This document shows positions 16,384-24,721 of a stretch of DNA of 58,241 bases, piece by piece (positions within the stretch are counted from its first letter, which is position 1; each line of letters begins with the position of its first letter). The notes beneath the pieces are model-generated. The model had not been told where the DNA came from. It made no database searches and was given only the letters and a program-made list of their open reading frames with translations. A program made the translations under genes and the position numbers. This DNA is from Candidatus Limnocylindrales bacterium (lineage in GTDB: Bacteria; Chloroflexota; Limnocylindria; Limnocylindrales; CSP1-4): contig DATBSD010000091.1 in the NCBI GenBank assembly GCA_036559965.1, forward strand, positions 1-58,241, in the 5' to 3' direction.

Positions 16384-17105
16384 GGCGACGCGCTGGGGGC
16401 CGTCGACGGGCTGGTGGGGTCGGGCGGAGGGCTGGCGGGATCGATCGACGAACCAGGATCGCCCGATGCGGCGGGTGCGTCGAAGTCGGGCATCTGCGCC
16501 TCGGGCAAGATGGTCTTCAGCCCGGCCAGCATCTGCTCGGGCCCTGGCCCACCGTAGATGTACTCGCGCACGATGCCGTCTCGATCGACGAAGTAGTGGA
16601 CGGGCAGCGCGTAGGCGTTCCAGGCCAGCTGCGCCTGACCGTCGAGGTCGAGCCCGACCGGCATCGTGATGGCCGTCGAGTCGACCAGCGCCTGGACGAC
16701 GTCGGCCGGCTCCTTGACGTCGATGACGAGGATGGCGACCTCGGGGTTGGCCAGCGCGAAGCGCTCCATCATGCCCAGCTCGTCACGACAGGTCGGGCAC
16801 CAGGACGCGGTGAAGTTGACCCAGACCGGCGATCCGGCGAGGGCCGCCAGGTCGATGTCGCTCTCGCCCAGCCCGCCGACCAGGAGAGCGGGCGCCCGAT
16901 CGCCGAGGCCCACGCCGGTGCTCGGGCTCGGGGCCTCTGACGCGGCCACGCTCGGACCCGGGCTCGGTGTCGGTGGCTCGGTCGGCGCGAGGGTCGGGCG
17001 GGTCGGCGTGATGGCGACCGGCTCGAGCATGGTCAGGCTGGCGCCGATGGCCAGGGCGGCGACAAGCAGGCCGGCGATGACGCCGAGGACGAGGGCGATG
17101 CGCAT
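16380..17105 (-). CDS. membrane-anchored TlpA/ResA-like thiol-disulfide oxidoreductase
   Basis: N-terminal anchor MRIALVLGVIAGLLVAALAIG, then a Pro/Thr/Ser-rich linker, then the thioredoxin motif FTASWCPTCRDE. The start is taken at ATG 17105; the track ORF extends to GTG 17126. Confidence 0.8.
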   Translation of the reverse strand: MRIALVLGVIAGLLVAALAIGASLTMLEPVAITPTRPTLAPTEPPTPSPGPSVAASEAPSPSTGVGLGDRAPALLVGGLGESDIDLAALAGSPVWVNFTASWCPTCRDELGMMERFALANPEVAILVIDVKEPADVVQALVDSTAITMPVGLDLDGQAQLAWNAYALPVHYFVDRDGIVREYIYGGPGPEQMLAGLKTILPEAQMPDFDAPAASGDPGSSIDPASPPPDPTSPSTAPSASP

Positions 17106-17182
17106 CGCGCGGCAGTGTAGCGGCACGGTGCCAGGGACGGATGCGCAGGCTCTCGGGCGATCCTTGCTAGCATCCGCGCGGC

Positions 17183-17905
17183 ATGGACCGCATCCGCAGC
17201 TTCGTCGATCGCCTGCTGCCCGCCGTCATCGCGGCAGGGGGAGTGGCGCTGCTCGCGGCGGGCCTGCTGACCGTCCTCGACCCGGCGGCCGTGCAGGCCG
17301 AGCTCGATGCCAGTCCATCGGTCGCGGTCGCCTCGCGGTCGCCCGCTCCGACCGCATCGGCCGCGCCGTCCGACTCGCCGTCGCCGTCGGCATCGGCCTC
17401 GCCGAGCGGCGGCCCTGAGCCCTCGATCGCCAGCCGCGTCGTCGTGCCCGCGCTCGACATCGACCTGCCTATCGTCGCCCAATCGTTCGGGCCGGGCCGC
17501 GGCTCATACCCGCTGTGCGACGTCGCCCAGTACCTCGAGATCTTCGGCCAGCCGTCGCAGGAGGGCACGACCTACGTCTACGCCCACGCCCGGGAGGGCA
17601 TGTTCCTGCCTCTCCTGCGCGCGTCCGAGCGCAACAACGGCCGGGGCATCATCGGCGACCTCGTCCAGGTCTACACGGCAGACGGGCACCTCTACCTGTA
17701 CGAGATCTTCCAGGTCAAGCGCCACTCGCGGAACTTCGCGCTGGCTGACAAGGTGCCCGAGGGCGAGCATCGGCTCATCCTCCAGACGAGCGAAGGGCCC
17801 AAGGGCACCGTGCCCAAGCTCCAGGTCGCGGCCCGCCTGCTGAGCGTCGACGAGGTGCCGCTCGCCGAGGCCAACCCGAAGCCCAAGCCGCGGGACTGCC
17901 GCTAG
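17183..17905 (+). CDS. exported sortase-fold-like protein with Ser in place of the catalytic Cys (tentative)
   Basis: N-terminal TM anchor, then an S/P/A-rich linker. The pattern VVPALDIDLPIV...TTYVYAHAREGMF..L......GDLVQVYTADGHLYLYEIFQV...HRLILQTSEGP...VAARLL parallels the sortase His / TLxTC / Arg layout but reads LQTSE. Confidence 0.45.
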   Translation: MDRIRSFVDRLLPAVIAAGGVALLAAGLLTVLDPAAVQAELDASPSVAVASRSPAPTASAAPSDSPSPSASASPSGGPEPSIASRVVVPALDIDLPIVAQSFGPGRGSYPLCDVAQYLEIFGQPSQEGTTYVYAHAREGMFLPLLRASERNNGRGIIGDLVQVYTADGHLYLYEIFQVKRHSRNFALADKVPEGEHRLILQTSEGPKGTVPKLQVAARLLSVDEVPLAEANPKPKPRDCR

Positions 17906-17921
17906 GCCCTGCCGCTCCGCA

Positions 17922-18995
17922 TCACAGCCAGCCGATGCGCCGGAACCAGGCGATGGCCACGAGCGCCGCCAGGAACAGCCCGCCGGTGATGACCCAGAAT
18001 CCCCACGCCGACCCGACCGCGGGGATGGCCTCGCTCATGCCGAAGACGCCGGCCACGGCGGCGATGCCGGCCAGGATGCAGGTCACGGCGGTGAGCCGCT
18101 TCATGATGTCCGAGAGGTTGTTGTTGACCGTCGAGAGGTACGCGTCGAGAGTCGTGCTCACCAGCTCGCGGTAGCTGTCCAGCTCGTCCGTCAGGCGGAG
18201 GAGGTGGTCGTAGACGTCGCGGAAGTAGATGATCCGCGCCGGCGCGATGAGCGGCTCGTCGCGATTCGTGAGCTGGTTGAAGATCTCCCGCTGCGGGCTG
18301 ACCGCGTGGCGGATGGCGATGAGGTCGCGTCGGACCTGGAAGAGCCGCTCGACGACCCACTTCGTGGGCCGGCTGATGACGTCCGCCTGGAGGTCGTCGA
18401 TCTCGTCGCCCAGGCGGTCGAAGACCGGGAAGTAGCCATCGACGAGGCCGTCGACGATGCCCCACAGGAGGTAATCGGGCCCGTCGGCCAGGAGCTCCTC
18501 CGGGCCGCGCCGGAGGCTCGACAGCGCGTATGGGTCGAAGCCGCGCCCGTGGCCGGTCAGCAGGAAGCGCCGCCCGAGCACGATGTCGACCTCGTCCTCC
18601 TCGAGTCCGCCGTCATAGGCGAGGGCGAACATGACGATGTGGAGCGTGTCCTCGGTGCGCTCGATCTTGGCCCGCTGGTTGCGCTCGAGGATGTCCTCGG
18701 CCACGAGATGGTGGATGCCAAGGCACTCCGCCAGCTCATCGACGAGCGCGACGTCGCCGTCCACGATGTCGACCCAGATGCGCGTCTCCGGGTCACCCAG
18801 GGCGGCGCGCAGCTCGGCCATGTCGGTCGTCTCGCGGCTGCCGCTCGGGGTGACGACGAGGGCGCGCATGCGCGCCGCGGGCTGATGCGTCCCGGTCGCG
18901 GCGGTCGTCGGTTCCGAGGACCCTGGCACCTCACGCGTCGCGTCGCCCTCAGAGGGCGAGGGCGGGTTCGTCGTCGCCGGCTGCGGCGCGCTCAT
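17922..18995 (-). CDS. corA: CorA-family divalent cation channel with GMS instead of the GMN signature
   Basis: The C-terminus has two TM helices flanking VAGVFGMSEAIP (GMS at 18033-18041). The cytoplasmic N-domain is typical of CorA. The start is uncertain: 18995 overlaps the MFS gene by 47 nt, and an alternative ATG lies at 18869. Confidence 0.75.
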   Translation of the reverse strand: MSAPQPATTNPPSPSEGDATREVPGSSEPTTAATGTHQPAARMRALVVTPSGSRETTDMAELRAALGDPETRIWVDIVDGDVALVDELAECLGIHHLVAEDILERNQRAKIERTEDTLHIVMFALAYDGGLEEDEVDIVLGRRFLLTGHGRGFDPYALSSLRRGPEELLADGPDYLLWGIVDGLVDGYFPVFDRLGDEIDDLQADVISRPTKWVVERLFQVRRDLIAIRHAVSPQREIFNQLTNRDEPLIAPARIIYFRDVYDHLLRLTDELDSYRELVSTTLDAYLSTVNNNLSDIMKRLTAVTCILAGIAAVAGVFGMSEAIPAVGSAWGFWVITGGLFLAALVAIAWFRRIGWL

Positions 18996-20577
18996 CGCTG
19001 CCGATGGTAGACGACGCCGGGGCCGCCGACGAGGCGCGCGACCGGCGCATGGCGAGAGCGGGCACGATGGCCACGAGCATGACCACGGCCGCGACGGCCA
19101 TCAGCCCGGCCAGGATGCCGGCTGCCTGCCCCGCCGCCCACGTCTCGAGCGCGTCGACCACGAAGGGATCCTGGAGCGGCCGACCCTGGAGGTCGGGCGG
19201 CAGGACCGCGTCGCGCGCGACCTGGTCGACGAGCACGACCGAGAGCGCCTCGATGCGATTCGACCCGAGGCCCGTGAGGATGGCCAGCCCGACGCCCATG
19301 CCCAGCATGCGCGCGACCGTCACCGCCGCCGCGGCAGCCCCGTATGCCCCCCGCCCGAGTGCCTCCATGGCCGCCGTCGAGCGCGGCGTGACCGAGAGCC
19401 CGAATCCGAGCCCGAAGGCCGCCAGGGCCGCGGCATAGGCCGTCAGGGCCGTCTCGGGCGTGGCCTGGGCCAGGAGGCCCAGGCCAGCCGCGCCAAGGAG
19501 CAGGCCGGCGACGCTCACGGGCACGATGCCCAGTCGTCGGACGACGAAGCCCGAGACGAGCGCGCCGACGGCCATCATGCCCGCCAATGCCCCGAGCGCC
19601 ACCTGCTGCTCTTCCGGCCCGCCGTACCGCACACGGTCGACGAACACGGCCGCGCCCACGATGGCCGTCGCGAGGGCGTAGCCGGTCAGCAGGCTGACCA
19701 GCACGGCGGAGCTGAAGACCCGGTCGCGGAACGCGCGCAGATCGAGGAACGGCTCGGGCGTCCGCAGGCAGCGGACGACGGTCGCGATGGCCGCAACGAG
19801 CGCGACCATGGCGGCGATGGGCAGGCCGGTGCCGCCTGGTCCGGCCTCGGTGCCCAGCCACGTCAGCGCCAGCAGTGTGGCGGACAGCGCGGTCGTGAAC
19901 AGGGCCGCGCCCAGCACGTCCAGGCGACCGCGTCGATGGACGTCCTGCCAGCCCGGTGCCGCTGCCCAGACGACAAGGGCGACGACGAGCGCGAGCGGTG
20001 CGCCGAGGTAGAAGACCCAGCGCCAGGCGGGCGCCAGGAAGGCCGCGCCGACCGATGTCGCAGCGCCGGCGGCATCGAAGACCGGCCCGAGCTCGAAGCC
20101 GACCAGCACGACGGCGCCGGCGAACGGCCCCAGTGCCATGCCCAGGAAGGTGGCCGCCCCGACGAAGCCCAGGGCGCGCGATCGAGCGTGGCCGTCGTAG
20201 AGGTGCCCGGCACCGGCCGTCGCGAGCGGCACGACCATGCCGCCGCCGAGCCCCTGGACGACGCGCGCGGCGACCAGCCATGCCAGCCCCTGAGCCGCGC
20301 CCGCGAGCAACGACCCGACCGCGAAGAGCACGAGGCCACCGATGAGCAGCCGTGGCAGGCCGAACTGGTCGGCCGCCCGTCCGGCCAGCGGCATGGCCGC
20401 GATATAGGCAAGCAGGTAGGCGTTCACGATCCAGCTCGCCTCGCGCAGCTCCGTCCAGCCGGCGATGTCGTTGATGATCGCCGGCAGCGCGACCGCCGTG
20501 ATCATCAGCTCCGCGCCGACGAGCAGGGCGCCGATCGAGAATGCGCCCAGCAGCACGGCTCGCGTCGAGGCGGTCAC
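18949..20577 (-). CDS. MFS transporter, 14-TM DHA2 (EmrB/QacA)-like
   Basis: The product is 542 aa and polytopic. The N-terminus is AELMITAVALPAIINDIAGW, and the motif-A-like sequence MPLAGRAADQFGLPRLL is present. Confidence 0.8.
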   Translation of the reverse strand: MTASTRAVLLGAFSIGALLVGAELMITAVALPAIINDIAGWTELREASWIVNAYLLAYIAAMPLAGRAADQFGLPRLLIGGLVLFAVGSLLAGAAQGLAWLVAARVVQGLGGGMVVPLATAGAGHLYDGHARSRALGFVGAATFLGMALGPFAGAVVLVGFELGPVFDAAGAATSVGAAFLAPAWRWVFYLGAPLALVVALVVWAAAPGWQDVHRRGRLDVLGAALFTTALSATLLALTWLGTEAGPGGTGLPIAAMVALVAAIATVVRCLRTPEPFLDLRAFRDRVFSSAVLVSLLTGYALATAIVGAAVFVDRVRYGGPEEQQVALGALAGMMAVGALVSGFVVRRLGIVPVSVAGLLLGAAGLGLLAQATPETALTAYAAALAAFGLGFGLSVTPRSTAAMEALGRGAYGAAAAAVTVARMLGMGVGLAILTGLGSNRIEALSVVLVDQVARDAVLPPDLQGRPLQDPFVVDALETWAAGQAAGILAGLMAVAAVVMLVAIVPALAMRRSRASSAAPASSTIGSDERAAAGDDEPALAL

Positions 20578-20695
20578 CAGGCCAGTCTATCGACGCCGCT
20601 CCCGTGGCCGCGGGTGCCGGTCCGTTGCTCGACCCGCGCGGGCGTCGCGCCCGTCGAGCGCCCCCGATCTCTCGCGGTCGCACGAGGACGCCGCG

Positions 20696-21334
20696 CTAGG
20701 AGAGCGGCGGTGGCGTGGCCCCGGTGATGATCCAAGCCACAACCGCCACGGCCGGCAGTGTCCAGGCAAGGGCGAGCCACGCGAACGACCGACGACTGGC
20801 ACGCAGGACGGCGACCGTGACGACCCCGATAGACGCCGTGATGGGCAGCGCCAGGACGGTGGCGTAGAGCGTGATGACGAAGACCACGACCACCACACCC
20901 AGGATGGCGCCCGGCAGCTCCGCAAGGTCGATCGTCGGACGCTCGACGAACGTGGTCACGGCAGACGGCAGCCCGCCGCCGACGAAGACGAGCACACCCA
21001 TGAGCATCGCCACCACGCCGAGCCCCGCCCCGACGAGCAATGGCCGGCGTGTGGCCATCACGCGGGGCGCGGCGACGAAACCGATGACGGCCCCGATGAT
21101 CACGCCCTGTCCGGCGACGCTGGCCACGAAACCGGCATCGAGCAGCTCGGCCCCGACGGCCACGAGGCCGCAGATCCCGGCCGCGACGAACGCGCCGCGA
21201 AGCCGGATGACCAGGCCGGCGCGACGGGCCGCGCCGGGTCGATCCGAGGACTCCGCCGTGGCAGCCCCTCGATCCGAGGGGCGATCGGTGGGCCCGCCTG
21301 TCGCGAGTCGGACGCTCGCCATGGCTCGCTCCAT
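20696..21334 (-). CDS. hypothetical polytopic membrane protein
   Basis: 212 aa with strong GC3 bias and four or five Gly/Val/Ala-rich hydrophobic segments. No family recognised. Confidence 0.5.
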   Translation of the reverse strand: MERAMASVRLATGGPTDRPSDRGAATAESSDRPGAARRAGLVIRLRGAFVAAGICGLVAVGAELLDAGFVASVAGQGVIIGAVIGFVAAPRVMATRRPLLVGAGLGVVAMLMGVLVFVGGGLPSAVTTFVERPTIDLAELPGAILGVVVVVFVITLYATVLALPITASIGVVTVAVLRASRRSFAWLALAWTLPAVAVVAWIITGATPPPLS

Positions 21335-21454
21335 AACGTGCTAGTTGCCGCTAGCACTATCTTTCACCGGTTTCTCGCTCCTGTCAAGTAGCACGCACGT
21401 CGGTGCGCCACGGCGCCGGGATCTGTGCCACGCGCCGGTAACCAGTTCGGGTCA

Positions 21455-21961
21455 TCATTCCGCGCTGGCCAGCACCACGTCGAGCTGGTCGAACTGCTCG
21501 GGGAAGGCGCCGGTGCTGTCCGAGGCGAGGGCGGCGTCGAGGGCGTCCTTGCTGGGATACAGGTCGTGGAGCACGAGATGGGTCTTGCCGTCCTTTTCCT
21601 CGAAGGTGACGGTGGTGACCGAGCCGTCGTCGGTCTCCTCGTTGGTCCAGACGAGGCGCTTGGGCGGCGTCACTTCGAGATATCTGCCGAAAAAGGCCGC
21701 GGGCTCGGGCTGACCGGGCACGTCGAAGACGAAGCGGTAGCGCCCGCCGGTGCGGGCATCGACCTCGCAGCCGACGAGGTTGATGCCGAAGGATTCGGGC
21801 ACCCACCAGCGCATCAGCAGTTCGGGCGTGGTCCAGGCCTTGAAGACCAGATGGACCGGGCCGTTGAAGGTGCGGGTGATGACCAGTTCGCGGTCGGAGG
21901 TGCGCTCCGTCGTGGTGCCGTCCCTGACGTCGGCGGGGTCATTCGCCTGTGTCGCGTCCAT
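21455..21961 (-). CDS. SRPBCC / Aha1-domain (AHSA1-like) protein
   Basis: Internal ATG of track ORF 21455..22099. The pattern ELVITRTFNGPVHLVFKAWTTPELLMRWW...GGRYRF...RLVWT is typical of the Aha1/START-like family commonly paired with ArsR regulators. Confidence 0.75.
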   Translation of the reverse strand: MDATQANDPADVRDGTTTERTSDRELVITRTFNGPVHLVFKAWTTPELLMRWWVPESFGINLVGCEVDARTGGRYRFVFDVPGQPEPAAFFGRYLEVTPPKRLVWTNEETDDGSVTTVTFEEKDGKTHLVLHDLYPSKDALDAALASDSTGAFPEQFDQLDVVLASAE

Positions 21962-22301
21962 CGGCTTTCTCCTGTCGCTTGAGTTCTTCGACGATCGTGT
22001 CGAGCGCGTTGAAACGTTCGGCCCAGAGCTGGCGATAGCGTTCGATCCAGGCTGCCTCGTCGGCCAGGGTGCGTGCACCAAGCCGGCAGGTGCGGACACG
22101 ACCGACCTTCCGGGTGGCGACGAGGCCCGCCTGCTCCAGCACGCTCACATGCTTCTTCATGCCGGTGAGCGTCATGCCGAAGCGGTCGGCGAGTTGCGTG
22201 ATCGACGCGTCCGACCGCACCAGTTGTTCGAGCACGCCGCGCCGTGTCGCGTCAGACAGGGCGGCGAACGAAGCGTCGAAGTGAGACTGATACTGAACCA
22301 T
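21939..22301 (-). CDS. ArsR/SmtB-family transcriptional regulator
   Basis: Internal ATG 22301 of track ORF 21939..22385. Winged-HTH sequence LSDATRRGVLEQLVRSDASITQLADRFGMTLTGMKKHVSVLEQAGLV. Overlaps the downstream SRPBCC gene by 23 nt. Confidence 0.8.
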   Translation of the reverse strand: MVQYQSHFDASFAALSDATRRGVLEQLVRSDASITQLADRFGMTLTGMKKHVSVLEQAGLVATRKVGRVRTCRLGARTLADEAAWIERYRQLWAERFNALDTIVEELKRQEKADGRDTGE

Positions 22302-22313
22302 ATAGTTCAGTAT
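22290..22313. promoter_or_regulatory. perfect 9-6-9 inverted repeat (ATACTGAAC-catata-GTTCAGTAT) spanning the start codon of the minus-strand ArsR gene; candidate auto-operator
   Basis: Read directly: arms at 22290-22298 and 22305-22313, with the start codon (CAT on the plus strand) at 22299-22301. It is an AT-rich island in GC-rich DNA. Confidence 0.55.
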
Positions 22314-22366
22314 ACGCAAGGACTGGCTGTTGGCAAGGGGTGAACTTCCACGAGCACCAACGACCC

Positions 22367-22396
22367 TTGACACGGCCTGTGCCACGCGCGTAGTAT
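22367..22396 (+). promoter_or_regulatory. sigma-70-like promoter (TTGACA, 18-nt spacer, TAGTAT) for the ArsR-led PI/PIM operon
   Basis: TTGACA at 22367-22372 and TAGTAT at 22391-22396, about 50 nt upstream of GTG 22446. Confidence 0.55.
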
Positions 22397-22403
22397 CAAC
22401 GGA

Positions 22404-22417
22404 GATTTATATAAATC
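22404..22417. promoter_or_regulatory. perfect 14-bp AT-rich palindrome GATTTATATAAATC just downstream of the -10 box; candidate ArsR-type operator
   Basis: Read directly. It starts 8 nt downstream of the -10 hexamer and is highly atypical in composition for this genome. Confidence 0.55.
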
Positions 22418-22445
22418 CCTGCTAGTAGGTCCATCGATCCAACCC

Positions 22446-22778
22446 GTGCCGACACCTGCCCGCATCCGCAACACGCTGGCCACCATCACCGCTCCGCCAG
22501 AGGAGCTGCGTGAGCTGCGCGCCTACCACAAGGCCCTTGCGGATGTCACGCGCCTGCGCATCCTCGAGCGCCTCGCGGAGTCGCCGGCGACGGTGACCGA
22601 GCTCATCGAGCACGTCGACCTGTCGCAGCCGCTCGTGAGCTGGCACCTGCGAACGCTCAAGGCCATCGGGCTCGTCGAGACCCGACGCCAGGGCCGCGAG
22701 GTCATCTGCTCGCTGCGCGCCGACGAGATCGACCGCTACACCCGCCGCGAGCGTCGCATGCTCGGGCTGGCGGGCTAG
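22446..22778 (+). CDS. ArsR/SmtB-family transcriptional regulator (no obvious metal-site Cys/His motifs)
   Basis: LADVTRLRILERLAESPATVTELIEHVDLSQPLVSWHLRTLKAIGLVETRRQGREV. There is no ELCVCDL-type motif. Lies 7 nt upstream of the PIP synthase gene on the same strand. Confidence 0.85.
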   Translation: MPTPARIRNTLATITAPPEELRELRAYHKALADVTRLRILERLAESPATVTELIEHVDLSQPLVSWHLRTLKAIGLVETRRQGREVICSLRADEIDRYTRRERRMLGLAG

Positions 22779-22785
22779 GGCGATC

Positions 22786-23442
22786 ATGAGCGACGGCTCA
22801 CTGCTCTCGAACGAGAAGCGCAACCGGTTCCGCGCCATCGTCCAGCCCTACGCGGCCGGGCTGGCAAAGCTCGGTCTGACACCCAACATGCTGACGCTCA
22901 TCGGCTTCGGCATCGCCATCGCCTCGGCTGTCCTCGCCGGCCTCGAGCTGTGGGTCGCGGCCGGCATCGTGAGCGTCGTGGCCGGGTCGTTCGACATGCT
23001 CGATGGCGCCGTGGCGCGCGCGACCGGCCAGACGTCGAAGTTCGGCGCCTTCATGGACTCGACGTTCGACCGCTGGGGCGAGGGCGTCATCTACGTCGGC
23101 ATCGTGGCCGGCGCCGCGGCCGCTGCCAACCAGGCGACGGCCATCCTGGCCGTGCTTGCCGCCGTGTGCGCCTTCATGGTCAGCTACACGCGAGCCAAGG
23201 CCGAGGGTCTCGGCTTCAGCGGCGAGGTCGGCATCGCGCCGCGACCCGAGCGCATCGTCATCCTTGGCGTCGGGCTCGTCGCCAGCGGCCTGACCGGCGG
23301 CCCGGCGGCATCGCCCTGGCTCCAGATCGCCCTCGGCGCCATCGTCGTGCTGACGACCATCACCATCATCCAGCGCATCCTTCACGTCCGCCGCCAGGCC
23401 AGCCAGGCGGCCATCGAACCAGCATCCACGTCCAGCGAGTAG
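22786..23442 (+). CDS. CDP-alcohol phosphatidyltransferase, phosphatidylinositol-phosphate synthase type (PgsA1-like)
   Basis: Family motif DMLDGAVARATGQTSKFGAFMDSTFDRWGE (D-x2-DG-x2-AR...G-x3-D-x3-D). About six TM helices. Assigned to the inositol-phosphate branch by context (ino1, PimA and acyltransferases downstream). Confidence 0.8.
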   Translation: MSDGSLLSNEKRNRFRAIVQPYAAGLAKLGLTPNMLTLIGFGIAIASAVLAGLELWVAAGIVSVVAGSFDMLDGAVARATGQTSKFGAFMDSTFDRWGEGVIYVGIVAGAAAAANQATAILAVLAAVCAFMVSYTRAKAEGLGFSGEVGIAPRPERIVILGVGLVASGLTGGPAASPWLQIALGAIVVLTTITIIQRILHVRRQASQAAIEPASTSSE

Positions 23443-23466
23443 CCAGAGGAACAGGGAGAACCCATC

Positions 23467-24702
23467 GTGAGCAAGAACGGCAAGAACGGCGCCAACGCGT
23501 CGACCGAGACCACCTGGGCCGGCGCGGGGCGCCGCGGAGACGGCAAGATCCGGGTCGCCATCGTCGGCGTCGGCAACTGCGCGTCGAGCCTCGTCCAGGG
23601 TCGCTACTACTACGAGAACGCCAAGGCCGACGACTTCGTGCCCGGCCTGATGCACGTCGACCTGGGCGGCTACCACGTCCGCGACATCGAGTTCGTGGCC
23701 GCCTTCGACGTCGACAAGAACAAGGTCGGCCGAGATCTTTCGGAGGCCATCTACACGAAGCCCAACAACACCTACGTCTTCCAGCAGGTACCGCACCTCG
23801 ACGTGCGCGTCGAGCGGGGCATGACCCACGACGGCCTGGGCAAGTACCTCAGCCAGGTCATCACCAAGGCGCCCGGCCCGACCGCCGACGTGGTCGGCAT
23901 CCTCAAGGAGCGCGAGGTCGACGTCATGGTCTCCTACCTGCCCGTCGGCAGCGAGCAGGCGACCAAGTGGTACGTCGAGCAGGCCCTGGCGGCCGGCGTC
24001 GGCTTCATCAACGCCATCCCCGTCTTCATCGGCCGGGAGCCCTACTGGCAGCGACGCTTCGCCGATCGCGGCCTGCCGGTCATCGGTGACGACATCAAGA
24101 GCCAGGTCGGCGCGACCATCAGCCACCGCGTGCTGACCCGCCTGTTCATGGATCGCGGCGTCCGCCTCGATCGGACGTACCAGCTCAACTTCGGCGGCAA
24201 CACCGACTTCCTGAACATGCTCGAGCGCGAGCGCCTGGAGTCGAAGAAGATCTCCAAGACGAACGCCGTGACGTCGATGCTCGACTACGACCTCGACCCC
24301 GACGACGTCCACGTCGGCCCCAGCGACCACGTGCCGTGGCTGCTCGACCGCAAGTGGTGCTACATCCGGATGGAGGGCACGACCTACGGCGACGTGCCGC
24401 TCAACGCCGAGCTCAAGCTCGAGGTCTGGGACAGCCCCAACAGCGCGGGCGTCATCACCGATGCCATCCGCTGCCTCAAGCTGGGCCTCGACCGCGGCCT
24501 CAAGGGCACCCTCGTGGCGCCCTCGAGCTACTTCATGAAGAGCCCGCCGATGCAGATCCACGACGACATCGCCTTCAACCGCGTCGAGGCGTTCATCCGC
24601 GGCGAGGACAGCGAGACACTCGTCGGCACGGAGATCCTGCCGACCAAGAAGGTGCGCAAGCTGGCGGGGTCGCGCGCCAAGGTCGCCGCCGGCGCCCAGT
24701 AG
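23467..24702 (+). CDS. ino1: myo-inositol-1-phosphate synthase
   Basis: The product is 411 aa. N-terminal Rossmann fold [18 protein letters not shown], plus [14 protein letters not shown] and [17 protein letters not shown], typical of bacterial/archaeal MIPS. Confidence 0.88.
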   Translation: MSKNGKNGANASTETTWAGAGRRGDGKIRVAIVGVGNCASSLVQGRYYYENAKADDFVPGLMHVDLGGYHVRDIEFVAAFDVDKNKVGRDLSEAIYTKPNNTYVFQQVPHLDVRVERGMTHDGLGKYLSQVITKAPGPTADVVGILKEREVDVMVSYLPVGSEQATKWYVEQALAAGVGFINAIPVFIGREPYWQRRFADRGLPVIGDDIKSQVGATISHRVLTRLFMDRGVRLDRTYQLNFGGNTDFLNMLERERLESKKISKTNAVTSMLDYDLDPDDVHVGPSDHVPWLLDRKWCYIRMEGTTYGDVPLNAELKLEVWDSPNSAGVITDAIRCLKLGLDRGLKGTLVAPSSYFMKSPPMQIHDDIAFNRVEAFIRGEDSETLVGTEILPTKKVRKLAGSRAKVAAGAQ

Positions 24703-24721
24703 CGCCGGCGGCACGGTCGCG

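Noticed and set aside
21338-21357. 7-bp inverted repeat GTGCTAG-ttgccg-CTAGCAC, 4 nt upstream of the start of the hypothetical membrane protein gene (21334).
   Set aside because: It is short, has no second copy in the window and no associated regulator. It cannot be distinguished from chance or from a minor 5'-UTR hairpin.
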